From: Chiloscyllium plagiosum
Taxonomy: Eukaryota
Reading direction: 5' to 3'
DNA length: 64,000 nt
Assembly (NCBI RefSeq): GCF_004010195.1
Contig: NC_057747.1
Location: 17,419,454-17,483,453, forward strand
The first letter of the stretch is position 1; every line of letters starts with the position of its first letter. A program made the position numbers and the translations under genes. Under the pieces are notes generated by a model that made no database searches, was not told the DNA's origin, and saw only the letters and a program-made list of their open reading frames with translations. This document shows positions 1 through 12,042 of this stretch, piece by piece.

Positions 1-971
1 CTAAGAAGGGAATAACCAACATGCAGAGAGCATAACTGTATACACAAGGGCACAAATAATAATTAATAAATAAAAGAAAGAAGTTAACAGTAAATAGAAC
101 AAACTTGAATATGAATGGACCCTAAGATAAAAAAAACAAGAATAAAGCTCAAATGAGAGGAATTTTAAAGACAGTGTATTGGCCAAACTTTATGTTTGTA
201 GGTATGTATGTACTGGACAAATGAGAATGCTTCCCTTCAGATATATTTGGTGCAAACTTGATGAATGGAATATTATCTGTTGACAGTTGTGCTGTGAAAT
301 TTAGGTTTTTATAAAATGCCTTAGGAGTATAAATGCAGCCTGACTAAAATCAATTCCCATTAAAGGGAAGATGATGGTTTTACATAACAGCACATTGAAA
401 TAAAAAATCTAGAAGCTGCTTACATAGTCTCATCTCACTGATGCACATCGATCAAAATTTAGGTTACATCTGGATTAACGTTCTACATAGTGTACTTCTG
501 GCATTTGCTCTAGGTATCTATCCTTAGAATACAGCGACTGCAACATGTTAATGTAACATGTGCCATTTAACAAGCATTATGTTTTTCAGTGTAGCATTTG
601 TTTGAAAGTCATTTATGTTCAATTGAATAATACTGTTTGATACAGTCCCTTAATAATAATAAGTAGGTTGTTAATATCTTTTGCAGAGTCCACTTGGTCT
701 GATACTGAATAAAAGTATGTACGTACTTTTAAGCAAATGAAGCATACCTGATGAGGTTATGTGCAATATTTCGCAACTATTTTATATTAGATTCACATGC
801 AGAAATATAGTTTTACTCTCTGAATATCTATGATTTTAGCTGTTTAGTTTTTATTCTAACTTGAATATCTGAGTACAACTGGCTATTTGCAATTCTCTAT
901 TTCTCTCTAATTCTCACTAATTCTAAATACTCACATACAGATGACTTAATGATGTATTTTAGTCATTGATA

Positions 972-1075
972 ATAAAAACATAAAGTGCTGGAGATACTCA
1001 GCAGGTCTGGTAACATCTGTGGAGACAGAAACAGAGTTAATGTTTTGAGTTCAATCTGACCCTTCTTCACAACAG
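972..1075 (-). mobile_element. Penelope-derived mini-element, family C, degenerate hammerhead
   Basis: Reverse complement resembles ...GAAGAAGGGTC...AAAACATTAACTCTGTTTCTGTCTCCACAGATGTTACCAGACCTGCTGAG, shared with the copies at 14741, 53436 and 59219. Confidence 0.6.
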
Positions 1076-1110
1076 TTTCAATCATTATCTTGCTTATAAA
1101 AAATAGAGAC

Positions 1111-1421
1111 GGGGTGGCATGGTTGCTCACTGCTTAGTACTATTGCCTCATAGTGCCAGGGACCCAGGTTCAATTCCAGCCTTGCAAAGCTGTCTGTGTG
1201 GGTTTCCTCCAGGTGCTCTGGTTTCCTCCCACAATCCAAAGATGTGTAGGTTAGGTGAATTGGCCATGCTAAGTTGCCCAAAGTGTTCAGGGATGTGTTC
1301 GTGAGGGGGTAAATGTAGAGTAATAGGAGAGTGGGCTAGGTTTGGATGGGATGCTCTTTGGAGAGTTGGTATGGATTTGTTGGGCTAAAGGGACTGTTTC
1401 CACACTGTAGGGATTCTATGA
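1111..1421 (+). mobile_element. HE1-type tRNA-derived V-SINE
   Basis: tRNA head with B box GGTTCAATTCC, V-domain GGGTTTCCTCCAGGTGCTCTGGTTTCCTCCCACAATCCAAAGATGTG, CR1-like 3' tail. Confidence 0.85.
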
Positions 1422-1799
1422 CATAAATCTTATATACAATCAGAAGACAGATTTACACAAATTTCATTGTGGCCGGATAATAGCACAAAATAATCACTGG
1501 TTTCATATTGTTCTTTTAGTAGCATTAAAGACTCAATATTGATCATAAACTATGAGAATAATGAATGTGAATATCAAACTTCAATATGTTTCAACTACAA
1601 CCCAAGGGAGGCTTTGGAGCTAATTCTTTATTTGGGATATGAGATGGTGATGACAGTGTCTGGGACTTCGCCTGAAAAGTATGTTTCTGTGAGGGCTGTT
1701 GCTTGTGGGACAGCTTTCTCAGTTTTGGCACAAGCCCCCCCCCCCCAATGCTGGTAAGGAGAACTTTGCAGGGTCAATGCGACTGAATGATTTTTAAAA

Positions 1800-2075
1800 C
1801 TCATTTATGGGCTGTGGGTATCTGGCTAGGGCAGCCTATATTTTGCATTTCTAATTGACCAGAGGGCAGCAGCTGACAGCCAACCACATTGCTGTGGGTC
1901 TGGAGTCACATGTAGTTCAGACCATGTAAGGATGGCAGTTGCCTTCCCTAAAGGGCAGTAGTGAACCAGATAGGTTTTTCCTGACAATAGATTCATGGTT
2001 ATCATTAGACTCTTAATTACAAACATTTTATTGAATTCACAATCCATCATTTGCCATGGCAGGATTCAAACCTGG
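1800..2075 (-). mobile_element. tRNA-derived SINE (same family as 17795-18650); an older copy follows at about 2170-2430
   Basis: Reverse complement aligns by eye with 18375-18650 (GAAGG..GCCATCCTTAC..TACATGTGACT.CAGACCCACAG). Confidence 0.65.
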
Positions 2076-2774
2076 AATGAGTGAACCTTTTCCATTGTTA
2101 TTTCTGGTGGCAGGCAGTCTATCCAGTTTAATTCCTTTTGTAAGCTTTTGTGGCAATTTGAGGAAACTAAAGGAGTAGTTTAGGCTATTTCAGAGGAGAG
2201 GTAAGAGTTAAACACATAACATGTCTGCGATCCATTTACGTCAGACCAGATAACAACTTAACATTTCCTTCCTTGAAAGACATTAATGAACCAGATGAAT
2301 GTTTCCAGCAATTCAGAATAGTTACACTATTAGGATCACGGATTTTATTGAAATTTCCTCATTATGTTCTAACTCATTTCCCCTGAGATTCTGCATTGCA
2401 ATCCAATGGCATTACAATAGTACTGTTGCCTCCCCTATATAGCCATAAAGCCATGAGATTTGTAAAGGAAGTAGCTCTTAAGAGGCATCTTAAATGAATA
2501 AAGAGAATTAGAATTAGAATTGGGTTTGTTATCATGTGCACTCAGATTACAAAAGGAGGACAGAGTAAAGTGTACAATTTCATCAACACGTGGCACCATC
2601 TTAGTTTCAAAGAGAGGCAGGACCAAACAGATTTAAGGAGCGGATTCCAGAACCTGGGGCCATTGCATGTGAAAGACTTTGGTACTTTGCTACAGAGTAA
2701 GACAAGGAAGAAAAGTGCATATGGGGTAATCAACAACTTGGAGAAATAAGAGTTCTAAATTGGAGTAAAGCAAA

Positions 2775-4190
2775 TTTTGGTATGAGGAACATACTTTCAA
2801 AAGTTGATTGGGGTAGTCAGTTCACAAGTAAAGAGACAACTGGCAAGTGGGAGGCTTTCAAAAGTGAGATGATGAGAGTTCAGGAACATTATGTTCCTGT
2901 TAGAGTAAAGAGTAAAGCTGATAAGAGGAGGGAACAATGGATGAATACAGATATTGAGGTTCTGGTCAAAGATAAGGAGGCATATGTTAGGTATCGACAA
3001 CTGGGATCAAGTGAATCTCTTGAATAGCAGAAGGAGGGTAGGAGCATTCTTAAAAGGGAAACCAGGAAGCCAAAGAGGAGGTATGAAATAGCCTTGGCAG
3101 ATAAAGTTAAGGATCATTGAAAGAGATTCTTCAAATACATTGAGAGCAAAAGAGCAACTGGGGGAGAATACGGCCTCTTAAAGATCAATGAGTTCATCTC
3201 TGTGTTGGACCACAGGAGGTGGAGGACATGCTAAAAGAATATTTCATGCTCAGTTTTTACTGTGGAGAAAGACATGGAGGCTAGAGGATTCATAGAAATA
3301 AATATTGATCCATTGAAAACAGTACACATCATGGAGGAGAAGGTGCTGGAAGTCTTAAAAAGCATAAAGGTGGATAAATCTGTGGGATCTGATCAAGTGT
3401 ATCCCAGGACATTATGGGAAGTTGGGGAAGAAATTGCGGGGCCCCTAGGAGAGATATGTCTATCATCGATAGCTACAAGTAAGGTACTGGAGGACTGGAG
3501 GGTGGCTGATAGAATGACAGAGCCATAGAGTCATACAGCAAGCAAACAGACCCTTTGGTCCAACCAGTCCATGCCAAGACTATTGAACACATGAGTTGGG
3601 ATGTCATATTGAGGTTGTACAGGAGATTGATGAGACAACTTTTAAAGTTCTGTATACAGTTCTGGTTGCCCTGCTGTAGGAAGGATATTATTAAATTGTA
3701 GAGGGTTCAGAAAAGATTGACCAGGATGGTGCCAGAAATGGAGGTTTGAGTTAAAAGGAGAGGCTGGAGAGACTGGGACTTTTTTTCACTGGAGCATAGG
3801 TGGTTGAGGGGTGATGTTATAAAGGTTTATAAAATCATGAAGGGCATAGATAAGGTGACTAGCAAAAGTCTTTTTCCTCAGGAGTTCAAAACTAGAGGGC
3901 TTTTTTTTAGGGTGAGAGAAATATTCAAAAGTGACCTGAGGCAACTTTTTCACACAGAGGGTGGTTTGTATTTGTAACAAACTGCCAGATGAAGTGATGG
4001 ATGCAGGTACAGTTATAACATTTAAAAGACATTTGGATAGGTACATGAATAGGAACAGTTTAGAGGGATATGGGTCAAACACAGGCAAGTGGGACCAATT
4101 TAGTTTGGGAAACTTGATTGGCATTGATGAATTGGACCAAAGGGTCTGGATTCACGCTGTATGACGACATGACTGTGTGACTCCATGACA
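2775..4190 (+). mobile_element. CR1/HER LINE ORF2 and 3' end, degenerate, internally deleted
   Basis: KVDKSVGSDQVYPRTLWEV, LPDEVMDAGTVITFKRHLDRYM, and a (TATGAC)-like tail. Confidence 0.9.
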
Positions 4191-4915
4191 TTTTACGGAG
4201 TCCCAAAAGAACATGTGGTGAGGTGGTGGTCTTTATAAAAATGATTCCAAACAGTAGGATTTATGAGGCTATACAGGGCAAAGGAAAGATGGGATTTCAG
4301 AGACTGAAGGCAGTGGAACAAAGCCTTGTGGGGGCTGGAGAGGGTGTTGGGATGTGGAATTGTGGTGGTTATAAGGTGGGAAAGGGCATGGAGAAATTCA
4401 GAAGAGAATTAGCCAGAGGGACAGAAAAGTACATTTAAGATAAAATCAATAAGGTCTTCAGCAGACTTACAGTGCTATTTTGCCAAATAGTTATTTTTTA
4501 CAATTGTTCAGTAGACCTTTTCATATTAACTACAATGAGCATGAGTGTGAAAAACAATTCATAACAAATAGATTTAATATATGGGTCCACCTTCTGCTAA
4601 AGTGGATGGAGTTAATCTTAAGGATGCTATTTACAAATTAATCTGCTCCTGTGAGTCTGTTGAAATAAACCCAGATTAGTGGAATGAAAGTCTTTCTGCC
4701 TGCTTCCTGTAAAAGTCTAAAATGAAATGACCTTGGCAGCCTCAGTGTTTCTTATTTATATGAGACTATGGCATAAAGCTACTGATATTAAATTAGTGAC
4801 AATCATTTGGCCAAAAAGTGACTGCAGTGTTGTCACTATGCCTATCAAGCAATTGGGGGGACTGTCGAGAATACTTTTGGATGGATGAATTAGAATGGGT
4901 CAAATAACCTCTCTC

Positions 4916-5662
4916 GTAGAGTCATGGAGTTACACGCCATGAAAACAGACCCTTCGATCCAACCAGTCCATGCCAAGCATAATCCCAAATTTAACTAGTC
5001 TGACCTGCCTGCTCTTAGCCCATATCCCTCCAAACCATTCATATTCATGTATCTATCCAAATAGTCTTTTAAATGTTGTAATTGTACCTACATCCACCAC
5101 TTCCTCAGCAATTTCATTCCATTCTGTGTCTTTTGTAAATGTCTATCCTCTCACCTTTAAACTGTGTCCCCCTGCCTTGAAATCCCCCATCCTAGGGAAA
5201 AGATAACTCTCATTAACTCTATCTGTACCTCTTGTTAGTTTAGAAACTTATATCAGGTCACTCTTAACCTCCTACACTCCAGTGAAAGAAGTCCCAGCAC
5301 TATCCAGCTTTTCTTTATAACTCAAACCTTCCATACTCGACAACACCCTGGTAAATCTCTTCTGAAGCCTCTCCAGCTTAATACTATTCTTCCTATAAGT
5401 GGGCAACCAAAACTGGTCACAGTGTTCCGGAAGAAGCCTCACCAATGTCCTGTAGAACCTTGACATGATGTCCCAGCTCCTATACTCAATGGACTGAGTA
5501 GTAAAGGCATGCATGCCAAACACCTTTTTAATCACCCTATCTATATATGATGCAAACTTCAAAGAATTATGTACCTATACTCCTAGGACCCTCTGTTCTA
5601 TAATACTACCCAAGGCCCTATCATTAATTGTATAAGTTCTATCCTTGTTTGTTGTACCAAAA
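4916..5662 (-). mobile_element. CR1/HER LINE 3' fragment
   Basis: IEYRSWDIMSRFYRTLVR...LERLQKRFTR on the minus strand, plus the CR1 tail. Confidence 0.9.
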
Positions 5663-6660
5663 TAGTTATGTGGGAATCTACAACTTAAAATCAGAGCTAT
5701 GTTCCTTGAAAGTTAGAATTTAAGAACCTGATTTAGGGGAAATAGATTCTGCATAGTCCAGTGCATGTTGGAATTACTTAGTATATTTATTTATGTATCT
5801 TTAGTAAGTTTCATTCATTTATTGGCTTCCACAAGCCATATAAAAAGGTAATGGAATTTCACTTTTCAATATATATAATTTAATTTTTCTACACTTTCCC
5901 ATCAGTACATTGGCTTCTTTGCATATATTAACAGCACATTGATTAAGACCTGAAATGTGTAGCATCAAAACACAGGGCAGCATTTAATTATCCTGACTGT
6001 ATATTAACATTTTGCCACATTTCCTTTACCCTGTCTTCTGTAAAACCACTGCCACTTGCTCTCACTTATAAAATGCAGTTGTAAACATTGTCGAATTAAT
6101 CAGGAATGGCATGACAGTAAGATGGGGCTAATGTTGACTTGTAAAGTTTGTTGTTGTAAGTGTCCTAGTTTTATCTGCACAGTTGGGTGATATAGGAACA
6201 ACAGTGTTCTTGTCACTGACCATTGGCAAGCAGAAATCCGGTGCTCCTGATTCAGTTATGCCTAATTGAATGTGATATTGGGTGCGGGGAGTGAAGCTAC
6301 GATGTATTCTCAGCACAAACAATCTTCACCTTTCATCCACTACAATATGAATATGGATTTCCCCTCACATTTGTAGCCTTGCAAATTGTTCTGATGAGCG
6401 CAAACTTTGACAAAATATGTCTTTTTCTTAATGGTATTATTTACTTAATAGTAAGTCTTTTTTAATTAATGTTCAACGAGCAGAAGTGGAGTTAAGCAAG
6501 TAAGCACAATTAGCCCACATGAAGCTGACGCTGAGGGAGTTACTGAGTATTATTCTGCTAAATATGGGATATTGATGAGCAAGTGGAGATCTCCTCATAG
6601 AACTGCATACAAAAAATAGACAGTTGTTCATAAGATAGTGAGATCACCCAGATATCATGA

Positions 6661-6978
6661 TTAGATTAGATTAATTACAGTGTGGAACAGGCCCTTCGAC
6701 CCAACAAGTCCACACCGACCCGCCGAAGCGTAACCCACCCAGACCCATTCGCCTACATTTACCCCTTCACCAAACACTGTGGGCAATTCAGCATGGCCAA
6801 TTCACCGAACCTGCACATTTTTGGATTATGAGAGGAAACCGGAGCACCCGGAGGAAACCCACGCAGACACAGGGAGAATGTGCAAACTCCACACAGAGAG
6901 TCGCCTGAGGCGGGAATTGAACCCAGGTCTCAGGTGCTGTGAGGCAGCAGTGGTAACCACTGTGCCACCGTGCCGCCC
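6661..6978 (-). mobile_element. HE1-type V-SINE (young)
   Basis: Begins GGGCGGCACGGTGGCACAGTGGT on minus, CpGs intact, (AATCT)n tail. Confidence 0.9.
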
Positions 6979-6989
6979 ACAAAGTGATG

Positions 6990-7410
6990 TTGTGAGTAGC
7001 ACATGAAATTCCTATTTCAGGACATGTAAGAATATGTAAAACTCAAGCATTTTATAAATAATATTTTTTATTGATCCAGATGTCTCAAGGATGTGATGTA
7101 GTTTTCTTAAACATGCCATTTGTGCCAGGTGGTGTGAAACCCTCGATATACAATCAAACCGATCCCTTCAATACCTGCACCAGTGTTTGAGGAATCATTC
7201 AATAGAGTATTGATAGATCAAGTAAGATAATTAATGAAACAGAAAGTAGGACAACAGTGTATTATGGATATGACAACTTGGACAAAGGATGGATATGGTA
7301 TCTCTTTAAGGACAATCACAGCTAAAGTATTAACTGAAAAAAACATTTCTTTAAATGATTATGGACTACCAATAGAAATACAGTCAGAATAAGACTCTCA
7401 TTTCTACAAT
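6990..7410 (+). mobile_element. Very old Gypsy-type integrase remnant
   Basis: Broken translation gives TCHLCQVV (HHCC finger end), ESFNRVLID, TITAKVLTE and DYGLPIEIQS, paralleling the integrase at 59580-60030. Confidence 0.55.
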
Positions 7411-7438
7411 TTTCTCTTCTTGTGTCCTAAAGGAGTTG

Positions 7439-7628
7439 CTGAAAATGTGTTGCTGGAAAAGCGCAGCAGGTCAGGCAGCATCCAAGGAGCAGGAGAATTG
7501 ACGTTTCGGGCATGAGCCCTTCTTCAGGAATGAGGACTTTCCTGCTCCTTGGATGCTGCCTGACCTGCTGCGTTTTTCCAGCAACACATTTTCAGCTCTG
7601 ATCTCTAGCATCTGCAGTCCTCACTTTC
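7439..7628. mobile_element. Penelope-derived inverted-pair mini-element, family A, hammerhead motif on minus at 7496-7531
   Basis: Inverted arms, 14-bp TSD TCCTAAAGGAGTTG (7425-7438, 7629-7642), motif CTGAAGA-A-GGGC-TCAT-GCCC-GAA-ACGT-C. Confidence 0.8.
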
Positions 7629-8739
7629 TCCTAAAGGAGTTGGTTTTCTATTGGTGTATATTTCCAGAAACCATTTGGACCTCGCCCATTGTACTTTGCC
7701 TGTAATTCATTAGTAGATAATTCTACTTCGTTGTTCCACTGTTGCAGGCATCACAACCAAGCCCAACAATGAAATATGAAGCCCGAATGTGAGTATTTAA
7801 ATCGGAGGTTTGTGGATTATGATCAGGAGGAGGAACATTGGCCAATTGTCCTCTCTACACAAGAATGTTGAAAGATATTGTAATGGGATTGGTTACCTTC
7901 GCACATTTCAGTGCAAAACCTACTGTTGTATTTGGCTAAATACACTAAACTCAATAACCCATTATAAAAGCTTTCTTCCATCTTTAAATACACACTTTAT
8001 TTTCTTCTATGAATTTAAATATTTGCATGTTTCAATTATATTTTTATATGAAAATTCTGTGTAAATTCAAAATGGCTAATAAAATAATTGCAATTTTACA
8101 GGCTAAGAATATTTGAATGACTTTGGATTTATTCTGGATAGTCTTCCACTGGCAGTGAAATTATGATCCAGCTACCTCTTCTCCTCAGGAGATACTGCCA
8201 GGTACCCAATCTGACACTTAAACATTCTGGGATAAAAGTAGCTATTTCTAATGGATGCTCCATGTCATGTGTTGCATTTGATATCATCACTCCTTCCAGT
8301 TTCTTCCTCTCCCTGCCCCCTTTCTCTCTCTTAACCCTCCCTTAATTGGGCACAATATGATACTGTCACCTCTGTGAGACAGCCAGATTTGAAGATATAC
8401 TTTTACTTCAGGAATATCGTAAGTATTTCATCTCCCTGTAAAATCCATCCCAATATTCTGAACCAATTAATTATGATTCTATGCATAATCTATTTTTAGT
8501 TGCATAAATTTAGTTCCATCTACTTTTTTATAAATATGTTTCTTCACATTCTTCCAACTTGACCTAAAGTGGACATTCTTTCATTTCAATCACATTTTTG
8601 TAACCCAGTTTTATCATGGATTAATATGTCATGCTCCCATCTTCATGAATTATGGTAAATATAAATTCAGGCGCCTCGATTATCTCTATGCTGATAAACC
8701 AAGCAGATTGAGCTTTCACCCAACTTAACCACCAGAAGA

Positions 8740-9040
8740 GGTTAAAAATCACACAATACCTGGTTGTAGTCCAACGGTTTATTTGGAAACACTAGTATAC
8801 ACCATTACTACATGAGGAAGAAGCAGTGCTTTGAAAGCTTGTGTTTCCAAATAAACCTGTTGGACTATAACCTGGTGTTGTGTGATTTTTAACTTCCTGA
8901 AGTAGGGCTTATGCCCAAAACGTCGATTCTCCTGCTCCTCGGATGCTGCCTGGCCTGTGCGCTTTTCCAGCACCACACTTTTCAACTCTGATTTTTAACT
9001 TTGTCCACCCCATTCCAACACCGGCAATTCCAAGTCATGA
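8740..9040. mobile_element. Family B Penelope-derived inverted-pair element with a nested family A copy (8896-8988)
   Basis: Inverted arms of AAATAAACCTGTTGGACTATAACCTGGTGTTGTGTGATTTTTAAC. The inner copy is flanked by a 13-bp TSD TGATTTTTAACTT (8883-8895, 8989-9001). Confidence 0.8.
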
Positions 9041-10305
9041 CCAGAAAGGTAACACTTTTACTTGCTTTGCATCTTTTTTATTCAAGATTAAGTTATCTTG
9101 ATTGCTATTTTGTTGAAATCCTAAATGAACATATGTTCACCAATCCTGTCATTCTCACTTTTTAACAAACCAAGAGTATTCAATCATCTTGACTGCCTTC
9201 TGTTTTTGATCTTGGAGTTACCAGTGATTCATATTAATCCCTTTGCTGTTATCAATTATGCTATACTCACTAATAGTTGTCAAACTCCATCTCTGATTCT
9301 TTATAGTTTATCTCTCTGCTGCATTGTTGTTGCACTGACTGAGAAGATCTATTCCTTGATTGGATGTATACTAAACTGATTTTATTCCTATGATAGTTTA
9401 CTTACTCAAAAATTGATTTGATGAAAATAATGCACTTTGGGATGTAATAAGTAACATTAAAACGTTTTTTTCAACTGTGAACCATCTTTATTAATACATT
9501 TGCCAGTTTACAGCTCTACCATTATCAACTGCTTTTTGATAGTTATTTTGTTAGTCTTGAAAAACCATAAAATATCCAGGCCTTCTCATCTTCCTGACTG
9601 CTTTTCATTAACTTAGAAAAGTAAGACTGTGTGCTTTGAATTAATTTCCTTTTAGCTGCATTTGACGAAATTAAGCTAACAGGATCCAATGTCAACAGTG
9701 AAGTAAGCCCTTGGATAGAAAATATTAATGTGCATGAATATACCTAAAAATAATACCCAAAATCTTACATTTATATTCATTTCATTATGAATTTCTATGC
9801 CCACACTCATTGCTGAAATTGTATATGTAAAGCTATCGTGTTATAACCACAACCCACGTCAGTGACACCATTGTTCATTCTTTATTCTACGTTTTCCTGT
9901 TCCTTAGCTGGTATTCCTCGGGGAGAACCTATTCTCCAATTAACTCCACACTTCTCTGCTTCCCAACTTGATGTAAGTGTTTTCATTCATTTATAATACT
10001 AATTCCAAATGTTAGATACAAAACTTTAAAGTGATAAAATTGCGTTCACTCTCTCCTTCCACTTTTCCAAAAGACAGCACTCCTAATACCCCAGGAGATC
10101 AGCAAGACTTTTGTTCTGCTTCATCATGACTATCAATCTGAATGCCTAAAGTAAATTGCAATAACAGATGCTTTAACTAGGACCAAAATAACTGTGCCAC
10201 ATTGGCAGCAGATGTTCAATGTAGCCAGGGCATTCAGCCCCAAGTACAAAATATTCACTGGTGGATAAATAAATTTTGACTAAAGCAAGTTAATAGTAGT
10301 TCTGC

Positions 10306-11108
10306 TTAATATAATTCATCACTATTTTTGTGCTCCGTTTTGACCTTATGGGTTTTGTCTTCTGATTTTTTACGTCTTCTCCTGTCTTCCTTGGAATTTC
10401 TGTTGCAAAGCTCAGCATCACTACCTGTCTGCAGGCTGTCAAAGGTGACATCCTGTGTTCTTGTTTTCAGTGTTTTCTCTCGTCTTTGTCTTCGACAAAA
10501 CTTGCTGCATTTATCAAAGCAGCTGAAACGTGTTTCTGTTGTACAAGCATACATTCCAGCCGGGACTGCCAGAATCATGGCACAAACAATGACTATAATG
10601 TGAATGAGTTTCTCCCTTTGCTCCAGTTCACTAATGTCATTGCCGGTAACAAATATAATGCATTGACCTCTCTTCGGAGGCTGATTCCTCAGTGTAACAC
10701 ACACCTTGTATTTTGTTGCTGGGAACAGATCGTTAACAGAATAAGTATTTACTCCTGGTCCAATATAAATCATTTCCTTTTTAGCGTCTTCGAATTTCCC
10801 AAAGTGCAGGGTGTACCAGGTCTCAGCAGGGTTCTGAGTTGCTGCATACCACTCTAGGGTTATGCCATAGACTGTTTGCTTTGCAATCCTCACATCTATA
10901 TAAACATTCTCTTCTTCAAAAGCTGTCGGGGCCATGGATGATTGGGTACCCAAAGACTCTGAAGTTAAAATGTTTACCAGGATCTGCACGGATGAGTTTC
11001 CAAGATAGTTTGTAGTAATGCAGATGTAACTTCCTTCATTGGTACTCTGAGCTGATGGAATCACCAACTCTGACTTTACTGTTTCTTCATCAATATTTGC
11101 AAAAGACA
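10306..11108 (-). CDS. LRIT2: LRIT2 exon 3 (end of Ig domain, FN3 domain, TM helix, cytoplasmic tail, stop)
   Basis: ORF 10306..11109 with Ig strand EGSYICITTNYLGN, FN3 (ITLEWY...PATKYKVCV) and TM LIHIIVIVCAMILAVPAGMY. Acceptor ttattattacag at 11109-11110; phase 1 matches the exon 2 donor. Confidence 0.93.
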
Positions 11109-11659
11109 CTGTAATAATAAAACAAAGATGTGTTTATTAATTCAAGTCAAAGTACTTGTGTACCATGCGAAATTACTTGAGAGAGGCACAAATTTTGACA
11201 ATGCTGAGGAGCAGACAACCAAAAAATAGCTTCCACATCCAATATAGTAAAATACATGCAACAAAAATGGTTATGGTAGAATAAATGGTATTGTTATGGA
11301 TGTTGAAATAACTCTGCAGTGAAGCGTCCCACAAATTATCAGCCAAGGTTATCTCCAATAATAGTAAACATTCTGCATTTCTAATGTAAGTAACTAAAAT
11401 ACTACAAAAATCTTGGCATTTAGACTTAATGTGAAACAAGAGATGAGGTTAATCAATACTACTGAAATACATGTTGAATTTATATATCCATTGGTCATCT
11501 CAAAAGATTACATTACATAATTTCCATAGCTAATAATGTAAAATATGCATTAATTTTAGAAAGGCTGTAATAATCTCACCATCAAATCTCACCACAAATG
11601 ATAATAATAAAGGCCACAGCCCAAACTGTCTTAAATTTATTTATATGGACTAGTGTTTT

Positions 11660-12042
11660 CCTTTCACAAAAGGTCGAGGCTGGCACTCCAGAGCATTATT
11701 GAGGGAATGCTGCACTGTCAGAGGAGCATTTTTTTACAAAAAATGTTGTTCAATTGAGGTCTTGTTTTCCAAGTCAGGTAAAAAGATCCCATGGCACTAT
11801 CTTGACCAACTGCATGAGAATAATTTTATTAGTTTCCTGCTCAACATTTATCACTCAATCAACATGACAAGAGCAAATGGTCTGTTGTTGAAAGATTGTT
11901 GTTTATTGGAATTTTTTGTCTGTAAATTGGGCATGACATTTCCTACATTTTAGCAATGACTACACTTCAAAAAGTACTTAATTGACTGCAAAGTGCTTTG
12001 GTGTGCCTGTAATTGTGAAAGGCTCTATATAAATGTAAGTGA
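11660..12042 (+). mobile_element. DeuSINE (SacSINE1/AmnSINE1-like) in LRIT2 intron 2
   Basis: Deu-domain blocks TGAGGGAATGCTGCACTGTCAGAGG and AAAAGATCCCATGGCACTAT, and tail GACTACACTTCAAAAAGTACTT...TATATAAATGTAAGT, recognised from memory of the consensus. Confidence 0.75.

Noticed and set aside
1-960. Possible 3' end of CDHR1, expected here from synteny
   Set aside because: All three plus frames close within 35 nt and no cadherin C-terminal motif is visible; it could be UTR but I cannot support that.
7439-7628. Interpreting the inverted-pair elements as MITEs (DNA transposons)
   Set aside because: Arms are asymmetric, TSDs are long and variable, single-arm copies have their own TSDs, and longer copies carry Penelope GIY-YIG or RT remnants.
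10328-10857. Plus-strand ORFs of 91 and 123 aa, and similar ones at 13686-14162 and 26782-27210
   Set aside because: Antisense shadows of LRIT2 and LRIT1 coding exons.
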